A DNA stretch of 63,914 nt, filler included, from Dirinaria sp. TL-2023a (GCA_051941275.1; 52 parts of 52 records of this genome joined end to end with filler, not necessarily neighbours in it); one strand, 5' to 3'; counted from the whole stretch's first letter, positions 13,830 through 26,450 are shown. The notes: generated by a model from the sequence alone, not told the origin. Translations and numbers: made by a program.

Positions 13830-14670
13830 TAGCGAAAGAACCGAAAGAGTCAAATGATCTCACAACGCGCAACGCTGTCGCGTTGTCTACAAGAGATACT
13901 GACATACGAAAATTATTCGACGCGTTTGTTTATCTGACTCGTACTCAGATTCGAAGCTGAACTTATTATTCAGTGAACGTGATATCGTTTATCTATACAC
14001 GCGACAGAACATTCTTGAGTTTACATCTGCTCTGAGATCGTCACAGCTTCGGCGAGGGCGAAGCGACGAGGGCGAAGCGACGAGGGCGAAGAAATCTCTA
14101 AATGACTATCTCATTCGTACTGAGGTCCGAAGCAGCTAGTGAGTGTGAAGATAGCTGTGAATGTGATATCGTTCTAGCACTAGATAGAATAAGAGCTTGA
14201 TTAGTAAGAGACGATCGAACTACACTGTCGACGTGAGTGTAGCAGACGGAATCTCTTGCAAGACATGATCGATCTGTCATAGCGAGAGCTCTACAGATAT
14301 CGCGAAACAGTAGCATTCATTGCTACTGCGAGACGAGACATATAATGACGGCGACGAGTTGATCTTTTGAGATCTCATCTCTTCAATGAGCTCTGATCTC
14401 GAAATGTTCGTTGAGAATGTGATCACGTCACAGTCATGACATCGTTTATATAATTCGAGAGAACGAATTCGCATGTCGATGTGTATAAAGACAGAACTAT
14501 TGCTACGATGATAGCATGCTGTTGCTACATGCTTAAGGAGCAAACTTCAATTGACTCTGAGTTGAGAGACCTGCCTCACCTCAAGAGTATCATCCCCAAA
14601 AAAGCTAGGGAAAACAGGGGTAGGGTTCTGGATAAGCAGAACACGTCGAACCTACATATCGATTGGGGGT
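13830..14670 (+). repeat. Unclassified dispersed repeat (other copies about 28120-28604 + and about 42385-43260 -)
   Basis: Direct sequence similarity between three contigs; recurring CTCACTCGTACTGAG-like internal motif. Confidence 0.75.
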
Positions 14671-14674
14671 CGTA

Positions 14675-14948
14675 CTCCGGCAGACTGGCAAGCGTATATA
14701 AAAGCCTGCGATCGCAAGGGAAAGATATTGAGAAAACATAAACGAAACGAGTTTCGCACGGCCATGCAGGTCTCGGAAGCGACTAGTAAAACTCTCTTCA
14801 GCAACGCCAAATGAGCTCGAAACGCGATAGCAGACACGTTGACTCAAGCGATCATTTCATCGTTAAATCGAGACGAAGACATAGTCGTCACGACAGCACA
14901 GAAGACAGAACTCATGTTTCAGACGCATTTTTCATCTTCGTCGAAGAT
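14675..14948 (+). mobile_element. LINE ORF2 fragment, near-identical to 4670-4938
   Basis: Direct match; differences are mostly CC/TC and GG/GA. Confidence 0.85.
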
Positions 14949-16294
14949 NNNNNNNNNNNNNNNNNNNNNNNNNNNNNNNNNNNNNNNNNNNNTTAATTAA
15001 TTAANNNNNNNNNNNNNNNNNNNNNNNNNNNNNNNNNNNNNNNNNNNNGCCCATTGTATAATGGGGTGACCGAAGTAGGTTTCGCACGCGGTTGTGGTTG
15101 AATGTACGATGGATGTGGAGGACAATCGTCCAATTATTAGCATATCGCTTCGTTCAATACGACCATGTACGCATGGCACTCGAAATCACAATCTGTAACC
15201 AGTCTGACAATCTATTGAGTGACAGATTCATTCGCGAAAACAATCAGCTTTCGCTTGCTCTTGATGCATATCAAATAAGCCATGCCCACGAGAAACTTAA
15301 GCTTCACGAAAAAGAAGTTTGAGTACCACGTCATACCGATGGGATCAATGATGACAGGAACATGAAAAGCGAAACGAATGGCAATAAAAAACTGACTGAC
15401 ATCGCTATAGAAATGAATTATTTATACATGAGCTGGAGGGAGCAGCGATACTCTTTAGTACACGGAAAAGTGACAGAGGGTGCGCCGGTTAGAGGAAAGA
15501 TAAGTCTGAGCTACTTTACTTGCCTTAGAGTAGGGCGAGACTCCATTAGAGCTGCTCATTGGAGAGAATTGAGTGAGGGGCAGAGGAGCGTGTCGGCTCA
15601 CCAGGGGTTCGATAGTGGCGTTCGACCTTGCAATGACAATTAGCCATCTTCAGAAAATCATTCTATTTTGAACGTTGTTTCTGATTCTAATCGTGATGAC
15701 GCAAACGAATCGAGCTTTAAATCTCTTCAACATCAGTCTCTCTCGTTTGGAGAGATATGTTTGCACCTTTTAACTTTATCAAATTCATGATTCTTTTCTT
15801 CGTCTTCAACAATTTCTTTCTCAACTACGCCGCAATTTGCTGATAAGTCTTCGCATACTTCAAAGAAGTTAGATTCTTTTCAGCAAATTTCGAATTTGTC
15901 TCTTTCATGGCAGTCTGAAAGACTAAAGTAAAAAATTCGCTCAGCGGTTGCAGGACACTATAGCTGGATCCAATTCAAACAGTTTGATAATGATTCTGAA
16001 ACCCATTGCTCTGAAATTATGTTTCTGCACCAGTGATAGAGTAGAAACCTGAGACTGTCAATCCTTTACAGACAATCGCATCTTGATAAAAAACTTTGAA
16101 TCGAACTTCAAAGTCAGCTATCAGTGGTTCCAACGACTTATTGCCGACGGCTCACCTGTTCTGTCGTAGTCTTTGAAATCTCGATATGCAGGAANNNNNN
16201 NNNNNNNNNNNNNNNNNNNNNNNNNNNNNNNNNNNNNNTTAATTAATTAANNNNNNNNNNNNNNNNNNNNNNNNNNNNNNNNNNNNNNNNNNNN

Positions 16295-17398
16295 ACATTA
16301 ACTGCCTGGAAAGAACTCCTAACATCAAAGGTTTTAGATTCGAAATGAATATACGAATGTGATTTAGTAAATTATTTTAACGAAATCCACCTACCATCTC
16401 TGGACAAGAGATTAAAAGAACTATATTTCCCGGTAGAATTACGTAGAATACTTTCGGAACTACACTCCTGTGCACCCAAACTCCCAGAGATGGAACTAAC
16501 CGACGAGCGATACGTCCACGAGAAATCCTGAGAATACGATCGAAACCAACTGCACAAAGGAGGAAGCCCTATATCAGTCTTAGACCTCCCAGGAAACCTA
16601 AACAAGAATGTAAAGGTATCTAGTGGAATGTCTCTCTTGGGACATCTACTAAGAAGTCTGGATCAAGTATCCGGTGATACAAAGTACCATCACAAAGACT
16701 GAAAGGGAAACAAGGGTTTACCACAAGGAGCAGCCACATCTCCCTATCTCTCTAACTTAATGCTAAAAGAATTCCTGTCCCAACAAAGATCGATATCATA
16801 TGCAGACGACCCAATATTCTTTAGTAACAAAAGATTCGAGTTGTGAGACAAGAAATCCCAAGGTATAGAAATCTCTCCATCTAAATCGGGCTGAGTTAAG
16901 AGAGCAGGAAAGTGAATAAAACCACTTAAATTCCTCGGAATAACTTATGACGGAAATCTCAATAAACTTCAAGCTTCAACTCATAATGGAGCCACCTTAG
17001 AAGTAGCAGGTCCAGTAAAGGTGATCCTGGAGCATCTATCCCACTGAATTCAATCAGGAAAGATAGAACAACCCTACACTCCAAGATCTAACAACAAGAC
17101 GCTACATAGTTGAAAGCGTCTATTCAGTCATAAGTTTGCGGGGTTTATACAAGCATGTATGTATAAGGATAGCTGAACGGATAAATTCTACCAAGATTTT
17201 GAACTAAAATGAAAGGGAAGTAGTTGACTAAGCATCCAGCCTACTACATCTCCTAAATGGTCAACATTCACCGTCTCATCTTATGCAAGCATAAGTCTGC
17301 TTAACACCCTTAGAAAGGTAAAGCTTAGACAAAAGATGTTTTACGGAGTACGTTTAGTATTTGCACGCGGCCGTCCTCGAAAGACGAGAATTAGCTAG
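16295..17398 (+). CDS. Reverse transcriptase of mitochondrial retroplasmid type, genetic code 4 (TGA=Trp), 5'-truncated by contig edge, 367 aa visible
   Basis: Single frame with no TAA/TAG until 17396-17398; 11 in-frame TGA versus 2 TGG; motifs TLTAWK, IYECDLVNYF, GLPQGAATSPYLSNL (16715), YADD (16799-16810), KFLG (16928), C-terminal GFIQACMY.DSW..QDF.L...SSW. Confidence 0.88.
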
Positions 17399-17539
17399 AC
17401 TAAGGACACTAAGACCAAACCAGCCAATCGTTAGCTCACNNNNNNNNNNNNNNNNNNNNNNNNNNNNNNNNNNNNNNNNNNNNTTAATTAATTAANNNNN
17501 NNNNNNNNNNNNNNNNNNNNNNNNNNNNNNNNNNNNNNN

Positions 17540-17958
17540 GAATAGTGTCTGGGACTTTCCTCGGGAATTGCTCGTCTCAAATATCGAAGCCATGGAGTTC
17601 GGCAGTGGATGGGGACGTTCTTTACAAGATCAAATATCCAGATCCTCGCCCGTCAGCAAATGCATGTTTCATTTCTCTGAGCGGTTTACCCTGCGCCCGT
17701 GCCGACACCTGCAATGCGTATATTCTCCTGCAATAATGCTGGAACCGTCGGATATATCGTATATCCAAGATTGTCCTTCCATAGGAAATGCCGAAGATTA
17801 AAGAGCGTTACAGAAACGTAACCGCGACTTAGAGTGTAGTTTTCGAGTGTGCCATACTTTGATATCAAAGCTTGAATATGGTATGCAGGGAAATGACGAG
17901 GAGAATGGTGGAAATTGTGATAGTGTGTGTGGACTGCTTCTGATATAGGGAGAGCCAC
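17540..17958 (-). pseudogene. Fungal SAM-dependent methyltransferase 5' part, degenerate
   Basis: YTLSRGY..LFNLRHFLWKDNLGY..YP..RIAGVGTGAG|IWIFDL, then a frameshift and ELHGFDI*DEQFP. Confidence 0.7.
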
Positions 17959-18782
17959 ATCAATCTTGGAGGATCAGGAAACGAAAATCATACGAAGATA
18001 AGCTTTGAAATTTTCCATGGCTTTCAGAACAGCCCACTAGGCCCGCGCCCACGACAAGAAGTAGATTCTAGATGCTGATAATCCCGACTTAGTATACGCA
18101 GCTAAGGCTTAGCATCGTACAAGTGATTTCTCGCTAGCGAATCCGCGAGTGATGAAGCATAAGCATTTCACAAACTCAGACTTATACAGATGCTCAATAC
18201 AAGAATGGAAAAGTAGTACTCTCAATAAAGATAATCTTACATTTTCCTTTCCACAAACCCTTCCTTTTCCGCAAATTGAACTTTGGATTTTCGCATGGAA
18301 CTATAGACTTATGAACAGGATATTAAAAAGGAGAGATACCTTACGCCCGGTCCGATGACTTCCGACGATTCTCTTCACAAGCAGAATATATCATGCCATT
18401 CATCAATCAATTAATCAGGGACATGCGCGTAGCAATGCACGAAGGAGCTAGATGTAGACGAGATAGGTTCTGATTCCTAGGTATGATTGTGCAATAGACC
18501 GATGACGCGACCTTGTGAAAATGCATGAAGATTGAAAATATAATCTAAGGCCAATCCATGCGTGACCTCAGTCAGTAGTGGACTAATAATGTAAAAGTAA
18601 TGGACAATTGATAATAACAATAGGACCTGAATTTGCCTACCACCTCAGTATCAGCGCGACCAGAATTCTTGGCGGCGACAGCNNNNNNNNNNNNNNNNNN
18701 NNNNNNNNNNNNNNNNNNNNNNNNNNTTAATTAATTAANNNNNNNNNNNNNNNNNNNNNNNNNNNNNNNNNNNNNNNNNNNN

Positions 18783-19740
18783 CACACTTGCTTGATAATA
18801 CAACACTTGTATGATAATTACCTTAAACCTATATAGACAGTCACTAGACCTAATTAGGCAACGCTTCTCCGATTATTACATCCCAATTGATTTTCAATCG
18901 CAACATCATATCTGGCTCTACTGACACCGCATAACCTACTCAATTGATATCGCAAGCATGGCCACCCCGATAACGCAATATCGCATTGATGAGGCTCGTA
19001 TTGCCGACATCGTCGCCGCAAATCGTGACGTTATAAGACCCAATTTGGCGGCGCTTGCGCGAGAACACAATGTTGACTATCAACGTCTTCGATATCGCTT
19101 TAAAGACCTACACAAGGATATGACCGTTCAGAGCTATCAAAGAGGCACACAACCGACGTTGACCGAGGATTAAAAGGATGGCTTAGTTCAATACATTGAG
19201 CTTCTAGATGTATAAGGCAGTCAGACGCGTTTGAACGAGGTCGTTGTTGCCGCAAATAGAATACTTCGCAATAATGGTAAGAGATCACTTGCATCTTCAA
19301 TTGCAGTGCTAATCATTGCGGCAACAGGGCAGGATCGAGTAGTAGGAAAAATTTCCTTGCACGCTTCAAAAAGGAGAACCCGGACTTTCTAGTGCGCAAG
19401 CAACATCCTCGCGAATATGAGCGGCAAAATGCGCAAGATATCGATATTCTACAAGCCAATTATCGCGAGTATAAGACATTGCGAACGCAGTACAATATAC
19501 AAAACGAGAACGTGTACAATGTGAACGAAACCGGCTTCCGCGTTGGAGTTGGAGGAAGTCAATACATTCTTACTAAGGGGCCTCATCGTCGACTTACTAT
19601 ACGAGATCCCAAAGACCGCGAATTTCTCACTAGTACAGAGTGTATTAGCGCGAATGGTCGTGTTTTATCTCCATAACTTATACTTAATGGTCGTCAGTAT
19701 TTGAGAAGTGGTTTTTGAGTACTGATCTGCCCGATGCAGC
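18783..19740 (+). mobile_element. Fot1/pogo-like (Tc1/mariner) transposase pseudogene with probable 5' terminus
   Basis: HTH (LAALAREHNVDYQRLRYR), NVYNVNETGFRVG (DETG motif), REFLTSTECISANGRVLSP; stops and frameshifts. Confidence 0.85.
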
Positions 19741-20024
19741 CTCTGTTATGGACCAGGTGGGCCTAGATATAATGATAAAATCTATAAGATCGTATGCATA
19801 ATATGGTTGTAAAAAATGGTGATAGCCGGGAATTCTGGGTGCCATCGCCTGCTAAATACACCATGCTTGCCCAATTGCCTAAATGACAAGTCGTCATTGC
19901 ATGCCGCCATGACCCGGAGCATGTNNNNNNNNNNNNNNNNNNNNNNNNNNNNNNNNNNNNNNNNNNNNTTAATTAATTAANNNNNNNNNNNNNNNNNNNN
20001 NNNNNNNNNNNNNNNNNNNNNNNN

Positions 20025-21166
20025 ACTTTTTAAAGTGAACGAAGAATTGTATTTGTCGTCTTTTCTGCAAGAACAATTCGAAGATCTCTCGTAATTTAAC
20101 GTATTTCGATCTCGATTCTTCGCATCTCTCAAAGTATAAACTCAGCGCAATGTGTAGTGATGAGAGTATCGCGATGTTCTCATTCGTGATCTCAGAAACA
20201 ATTTCGCTGAGCGACGATGTTTGAGAAAAGAATTTAAAAAAAACTGAAGTCGACGATGTAGACGCGTAGAAACGAGATGCTGAAAAAGACGATGACGAGA
20301 ACGAGATATCAAAAACATTATCGTCGCTCTCGAACTTTAAATCTGCAAAATAATCGTGCGTCATCAGTGATTGAAAATTTTGCAAAATATCGTAATCGTC
20401 GCTGATTTAACAACAGTCAGCAAGTCAATCTATCAACGTGAGAGATTGTACAATAAAAAGTTCAACTTTTTTCTCATTATCGTTTTTTTCTCAGTCAGCG
20501 TATTCTGACGTCTCGTTAATCGTACGCTCATGATAAAAATTTTTCTCGTTCTTTTTTTGTTGTTTGAGAAAGTTTTTTTCGTCTCATCGTCGTTGAGTCG
20601 TTTGAGAATGTTTTTTTTCGTCTCATGTTTCTTTTTCACATGAGTGAGAATGTTTTTCATCGTTGTATTTTTCTCTTTCAAAAAGCTGCTGACAATGTCT
20701 TTCAACGTTTCATAGTATAGATATTCGATAAGGTTTTCAAAACTGTGTCGCGAACGATAAACTGTTGAAGCATTCAAATCATCAGTGTCGTAGCTAAGTG
20801 CATCGAACGATCGAGAACGATAGACTGTTGAGACATTCAAATCATCAGTGTCGTAACTGAATGCATCGAACGATCGAGAACGAGAGATTATTGAGACATT
20901 CAAATCGTTCGAGTCGTAGCTAATTTAATTCGATCAAGTAAAGACATTCAATTGATCGATTTTTCGAGATTTACTCATTGATAAATATGTATTTGTGAAT
21001 ACATCATGATGATGATTACTTCAGTGTAAAACATGATTCTGACAAGAGAAATTATTTACGAACGAATATTTGAAAAGAAACGATCTAACATGAGAGAGAA
21101 AACATTTTCACGTACGAAATGCTGCGACTACAATGCATGCATAAATTGTATCGACGTTTCTTGATC
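20025..21166 (-). repeat. Dispersed hypermutated repeat with 63-bp internal tandem; second copy about 22770-23649 (+)
   Basis: Near-identical 156-aa ORF remnants at 20433-20903 (-) and 23035-23505 (+). Confidence 0.85.
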
Positions 21167-23016
21167 NNNNNNNNNNNNNNNNNNNNNNNNNNNNNNNNNN
21201 NNNNNNNNNNTTAATTAATTAANNNNNNNNNNNNNNNNNNNNNNNNNNNNNNNNNNNNNNNNNNNNGGGGGGGGACAATATATGTACCTGCTATTGGTGG
21301 GAAAAGGATTGCGAGCAGACCGAGGAAGATGTCGGAGTTGCACATTTTTTTGAAGTGGGGTGGAAGTTGGGGAGGTTTTGGTCGTTTTTTGGAGATAGAT
21401 GCACAAAGAAAAAGGGAGGTTTATGTGTAAGAGGTTGGTTGAGGTTTTCTGGTATGTTTCTTGGAGGAGGTGGAGGAGGAGGGTGATGAAATGAGATGGT
21501 GGGGGATGTTGGAAAAGATGATGCGAAGGAAGGTTGGTTGGTGCCTGCCCTGACGGGTGATCATCAGCAGCGCTAAGCTTCGGGGTGTTGGGGGAATTGA
21601 GCCCTAAGTGAACCCCTCAAATGAATCTATCCCTTAAATCGCAGTTCTTAAGTACATTATGACATTATTATGCATCGTAACTTGAAGAAAGACACCAATC
21701 ATCTCATATGACGGAGTGGATATAAGCATCACTTTTCACAACTTGTAAGTCGCAGCTAGGTTCATCAGGATAAGGTAACACTCCAGCAAGCATATGTATC
21801 ATACTCAACAATGTCGAGATCGTGAGATAATGACGCTCTCTCTACGTCTCTTTTACAATTTCAATGAACGCGATCGCAAATATTGCGGCTCAAAAACCCC
21901 CAATTTCTACAATCCTCCTTTAAGATAGATCTCTGGGCCATTATTGAGCAAGGCTATATCGCGGGATCAAAACAAGGTAATTTTGCAAGGTTCGTAGCTG
22001 GTATTACGACTTACGAGACACTTCAAGCATCCATTTTGGAAGCGAAATCAGCAGGGTCTATAACATCCAAAAGTTTACGTAGGGATTTCGGTGTGAGCGC
22101 CAGAAACTAAGCGGTTCTCTCTAGGATCTAGTCGAAGGAAAAATTTATTTAACTCGGGAATTCCCCCCCCCATACAACATTCCACCCCGATACCATGGAA
22201 CAAGCAAGCCAGATCCGCTCTGCCTAGGTACATGTAGCAAGACCAGCTAAAAGGTCGAGGTGATGGGGTCAAGTGTGACGTTTTTCTCCATAAAAAAAGC
22301 TGTTGACGATGGGGTCTCTCCGTGCGGATCACAGATTCGTGCTGCGAATGATAACATAACCTATCTCGAACCCGACAAGTAATCGTTTCTTCAAGAGCAC
22401 CCTAAAATNNNNNNNNNNNNNNNNNNNNNNNNNNNNNNNNNNNNNNNNNNNNTTAATTAATTAANNNNNNNNNNNNNNNNNNNNNNNNNNNNNNNNNNNN
22501 NNNNNNNNACATAACCTAGCTAGTACTTGATTTCCATAAGGAACTTCTTACTAGCATAACAAATATTGAGCAATGAGCATGACACGACGACGAACTCGTC
22601 GATTGCAAAGATTCAAAATACAAACATTTTCATCTCATTTCTCTGCTTCTCAGCGAACTGATACGTTTTATTTTACGACAACAACGAGATGAGATGATCG
22701 AGATAAAATGAGAAAGTGACAATGATCGATGAGAAAGACGATGTAGCTTTCATTAAATCAGAATTTGCTATGATTAAGAAACGTCGATATAGTTTATGCA
22801 TGCACTGTAATCGCAGCATTTCGTACGTGAGAATGTTTTTTCTTTCATATTAGATCGTTTCTTTTCAAATATTCGTTCGTAGATAATTTTTCTTGTCAGA
22901 ATAATGTTTTACACTGAAGTAATTATCATCATGATGTATTCACAAACATACATTTATTAATAAATAGATCTCGAAAAATCGATCAATTAAATGTCTTTAT
23001 TTGATCGAATCAAATT

Positions 23017-23188
23017 AGCTACGACTCGGACGATTTGAATGTCTCAATAATCTCTCGTTCTCGATCGTTCGATGCACTCAGCTACGACACTGATGATTTG
23101 AATATCTCAACAGTTTATCGTTCTCGATCGTTCGATGCACTCAATTACGACATTGATGATTTGAATGTCTCAACAGTTTATCGTTCGC
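23017..23188 (+). repeat. 63-bp tandem repeat, about 2.7 units (21-aa period)
   Basis: Units start at 23017, 23080 and 23143 (SYDTDDLNISTVYRSRSFDAL). Confidence 0.9.
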
Positions 23189-24473
23189 GACACAGTTCTG
23201 AAAATTTTATCGAACATTTATATTATGAGACGTTGAAAGACATTGTCAGCAGCTCTTTGAAAGAGAAAAATACGACGATGAAAGACATTCTAACTCATGT
23301 GAAAAAGAAACATGAGACGAAGAAAGACATTTTTAAACGACTCAACGACGATGAGACGAAAAAAACTTTCTCAAACAACAAAAAAAGAACGAGAAAAATT
23401 TTTATCATGAGCGTACGATTAACGAGACGTCAAAATACGCTGATTGAGAAAAAAACGATGATGAGAAAAAAACTAAACTTTTCATTATACAATCTCTCAC
23501 GTTGATAAATTGACTTGCTGACTGTTGTTAAATCAGCGACGATTACGATATTTTGCAAAATTCTCAATCACTGATGACGCACGATTATTTTGCAGACTTG
23601 AAGTTTGAGAGCGACGATGATGTTTTTGATATCTCGTTCTCGTCATCGTNNNNNNNNNNNNNNNNNNNNNNNNNNNNNNNNNNNNNNNNNNNNTTAATTA
23701 ATTAANNNNNNNNNNNNNNNNNNNNNNNNNNNNNNNNNNNNNNNNNNNNGTGCATGTGTGTTGCGAAACCTTGGCATCTCGAATATTACCGTTCCCTACA
23801 TGCGCAGTCTACAAAGCAGCTTTTCTTTGAGAAATACCACTGCCTTCACATCTCTCTCGTGCAGTGACAACAATTCTTTTCATCTATCAAGCGAATCCTC
23901 TTCGATCTTTTGCTGTCTCAGGATTTAATGTAGTCGCTTCTCTCTAGCGCTAGCGAAAGAATGAGATATTAGCACAATAATGTTTTCACGAAGTGTCGAT
24001 CAATCGATTCTCCATGAAAGTGCCACTGTCAAATCGACAAGTCGTTAAGTGTTAAAAGACGCTAGAAAAAAGATGACCTTTACAATCTTACTTCTGAAGC
24101 ATCGAGTTGAGAAGGAAGACACTGATAGACGACAGTAAAAGTACATTAGTAACTAATGTGACATGTAGGGGAGAGAAAGAACTTTGGATGCCAAGGTTTC
24201 GCAGCACACAAACAAACGCCAAATCTTCGAACCCCTTACGTCCATCACCGCCCAATAAAGTCCCCAAATCAGACCTGACCAATCATATTTCGACCACGGA
24301 GTACCTTCATCCGTGTCACTGCTTCGACAGTTTTCCTATGAGCATCGTGAAGTGAAGATGGCCGTTTTGGTCGAGAAACGCTCTCATTCCTTCCGTGTTG
24401 CCTGTCAACCCTACAACACCGGCACCTTTAGAATTGACATAGCTTTCGCTGGCAAGGAATGCATCAGCAGCCC

Positions 24474-24887
24474 TCACGATTGCTCGGCCTCGAGATATAC
24501 CCGTAGCCGCTGGTAGTTCATCCGCGCGGTTCTAGCTTGCAGCATTGCTTCGAGCTGGGCATCACCGAGTACCTGCTGAGCTCTGTCGGCAGTGGAGCCA
24601 ACGACGTACTGCGTGAGGTACAGCCAGACCTCTATCTCCCTGACGCTGACTACTCCAGCCATAGCCCTGTTGATTAGTGCCATGGCCTCCGAGTAAAACG
24701 CTTCCGCTCGCCGACGAGGACGGCGTAGTGGATTGACTCGCAGCTTGAGAATATCTGCCCAGGCATTGAGGATAACATGGACACCACAAGTGTTCCCGCT
24801 CTGTTGCCTCGCGACACTAGCCCAGTGCTCCCATTCAAATATTACCGGCCCGTGAGCGATCCATGCACATTGGCGAATGATGCAGCG
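24474..24887 (-). CDS. 3' part of a protein with a Ulp1/C48-like cysteine protease motif
   Basis: Frame open from contig edge; VARQQSGNTCGVHVILNAWA resembles Q-x(4-5)-CGV catalytic Cys motif. Confidence 0.45.
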   Translation of the reverse strand, partial: RCIIRQCAWIAHGPVIFEWEHWASVARQQSGNTCGVHVILNAWADILKLRVNPLRRPRRRAEAFYSEAMALINRAMAGVVSVREIEVWLYLTQYVVGSTADRAQQVLGDAQLEAMLQARTARMNYQRLRVYLEAEQS

Positions 24888-25034
24888 GGNNNNNNNNNNN
24901 NNNNNNNNNNNNNNNNNNNNNNNNNNNNNNNNNTTAATTAATTAANNNNNNNNNNNNNNNNNNNNNNNNNNNNNNNNNNNNNNNNNNNNGTCAAGGCCTG
25001 TTTAGACACCTTATCAAAGTTCTACGCGATAGAC

Positions 25035-25160
25035 AACACACATAGCGAGTCGGCTACAAAAGACGCTTTTCTAATGTCAACACACACACAGCGAGTCGAC
25101 TACAACAGACACTTTTTTACAATGTTAACACGCACAGCAGACCTGCTACAAAAGACACAA
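25035..25160 (+). repeat. Degenerate about 45-bp tandem repeat, 3 units
   Basis: AACACACA.AGCGAGTCG.CTACAA.AGAC repeated. Confidence 0.7.
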
Positions 25161-25386
25161 AACATCGATGTAGAGTCAACATCTATTGGTCAGAATATTA
25201 GAATACAAACTTGAAAGAGAACAAGTCGTCATACTGAGTACAAACGCTAGAAATTGGATCTTCAAGAACTTCTTATTATGAACTGAATTGCTAGAATAAT
25301 TGGATCTTCACAAACGTCTTATAATACGCAATGGAATAAGGCTTGTATGAAGTCATGAGGACATGACTTGTTGAAAAAAGAGGTAG

Positions 25387-25607
25387 TGTTACGAGCATGC
25401 ATCTGATATACTATCTGAGGCAACATCTCTCAGGGTTCTCAGAGGTAATGCGCTAATCCGATCGAGGTGTTTACCCGACACCCGCACACACGCATATATA
25501 CCCGAGACCCTCTATTGTATCTAGTTTTCCTTCTTCTTCTTTCCTCAGTGATAATATCCTTAGTTAATCATACCTGCATTGACCAGAGCTCTGCACCGGT
25601 TCTAACA
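25387..25607 (+). mobile_element. LTR (221 bp); 3' part also at 42240-42380
   Basis: TGTTAC...TAACA termini; second copy ends at the same TAACA. Confidence 0.75.
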
Positions 25608-26129
25608 CGATCCGGATTCGACACCCTAGGGTTGCTAGAGGATTAGGAGGCGTTCAGTGAACCTTGACGATCTTGACGCCAAGGAACTAGTGCAAGGTGC
25701 TCAGTGTGATCAGGATGCTCAGTGTACTCAGTGTCACTGAGCAAAATGAGCAACTGAGCAGAACTGAGCAAGAGAATCTTGACAGTTCTGACATCGTGTA
25801 TATAGATCTTCAACACGACGTTTTTCTGACATCGTGTTCAACATCTTTGCAATAATTATTTACTACTCAGAGTAATTTGTATCTTGTTGTGATATTATTA
25901 TATCATTTCGAAGACACTCGTTGTTTCTTGACAGATCTCTTCAACAGATCAAACCCTAACATCTTTTCTGTTTAGAACCTAACTCTAGATATTAGACCGA
26001 TAGAACGCAACAATATTGAACACTCTTAGAATGTTTATCTTAGAACAACGTAACTCTGCTTCAAACATCACTGACTCGACAACGTCTCGCACTCAGACAA
26101 CTCATCAAAACAACAATAATTGTCAAAGA
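25608..26129 (+). mobile_element. Gypsy 5' LTR (ends 25961), leader and gag start; same family as 30105-31077
   Basis: Alignable with 30110-30590. Confidence 0.8.
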
Positions 26130-26229
26130 NNNNNNNNNNNNNNNNNNNNNNNNNNNNNNNNNNNNNNNNNNNNTTAATTAATTAANNNNNNNNNNNNNNN
26201 NNNNNNNNNNNNNNNNNNNNNNNNNNNNN

Positions 26230-26450
26230 GTGTATACGACTGTGACATTATTAACGTCGTCAGAGGTAGCTCCGCTGATATAATTTTAAAGTAAAGTTAA
26301 GATATAAAGTCTGCGGCCTTCACGCCTGCAAAAGACACGTAAGATACTCGTTTCTTCAAGGACGATTGACTACTTTCAGCTACTGACAGAGTTGGTTACA
26401 ACCGATGCTGGGCTGCATTCTGATCATTCAGCGACGTTGACTGAATATGT
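26230..26450 (+). repeat. Dispersed repeat, probably an LTR; related copy at about 49702-49935
   Basis: GTGTATACGACTGTGACA...CTGATCATTCAG shared; the 49702 copy starts TGTTAC. Confidence 0.6.

Noticed and set aside
16295..17398. Mitovirus RdRp or RIP-damaged nuclear retrotransposon as explanation of the TGA-rich frame
   Set aside because: Catalytic motif is YADD preceded by PQG..SP, not GDD; CC/GG dinucleotides are intact and no TAA/TAG occur, unlike the mutated nuclear TEs
17399..17439. Telomere-like repeats or tRNA-like 3' end downstream of the RT
   Set aside because: Only 41 bp are visible and contain no tandem repeat or clear cloverleaf
25035..25160. CRISPR-like repeats
   Set aside because: Degenerate head-to-tail tandem with no unique spacers, no cas genes, eukaryotic context
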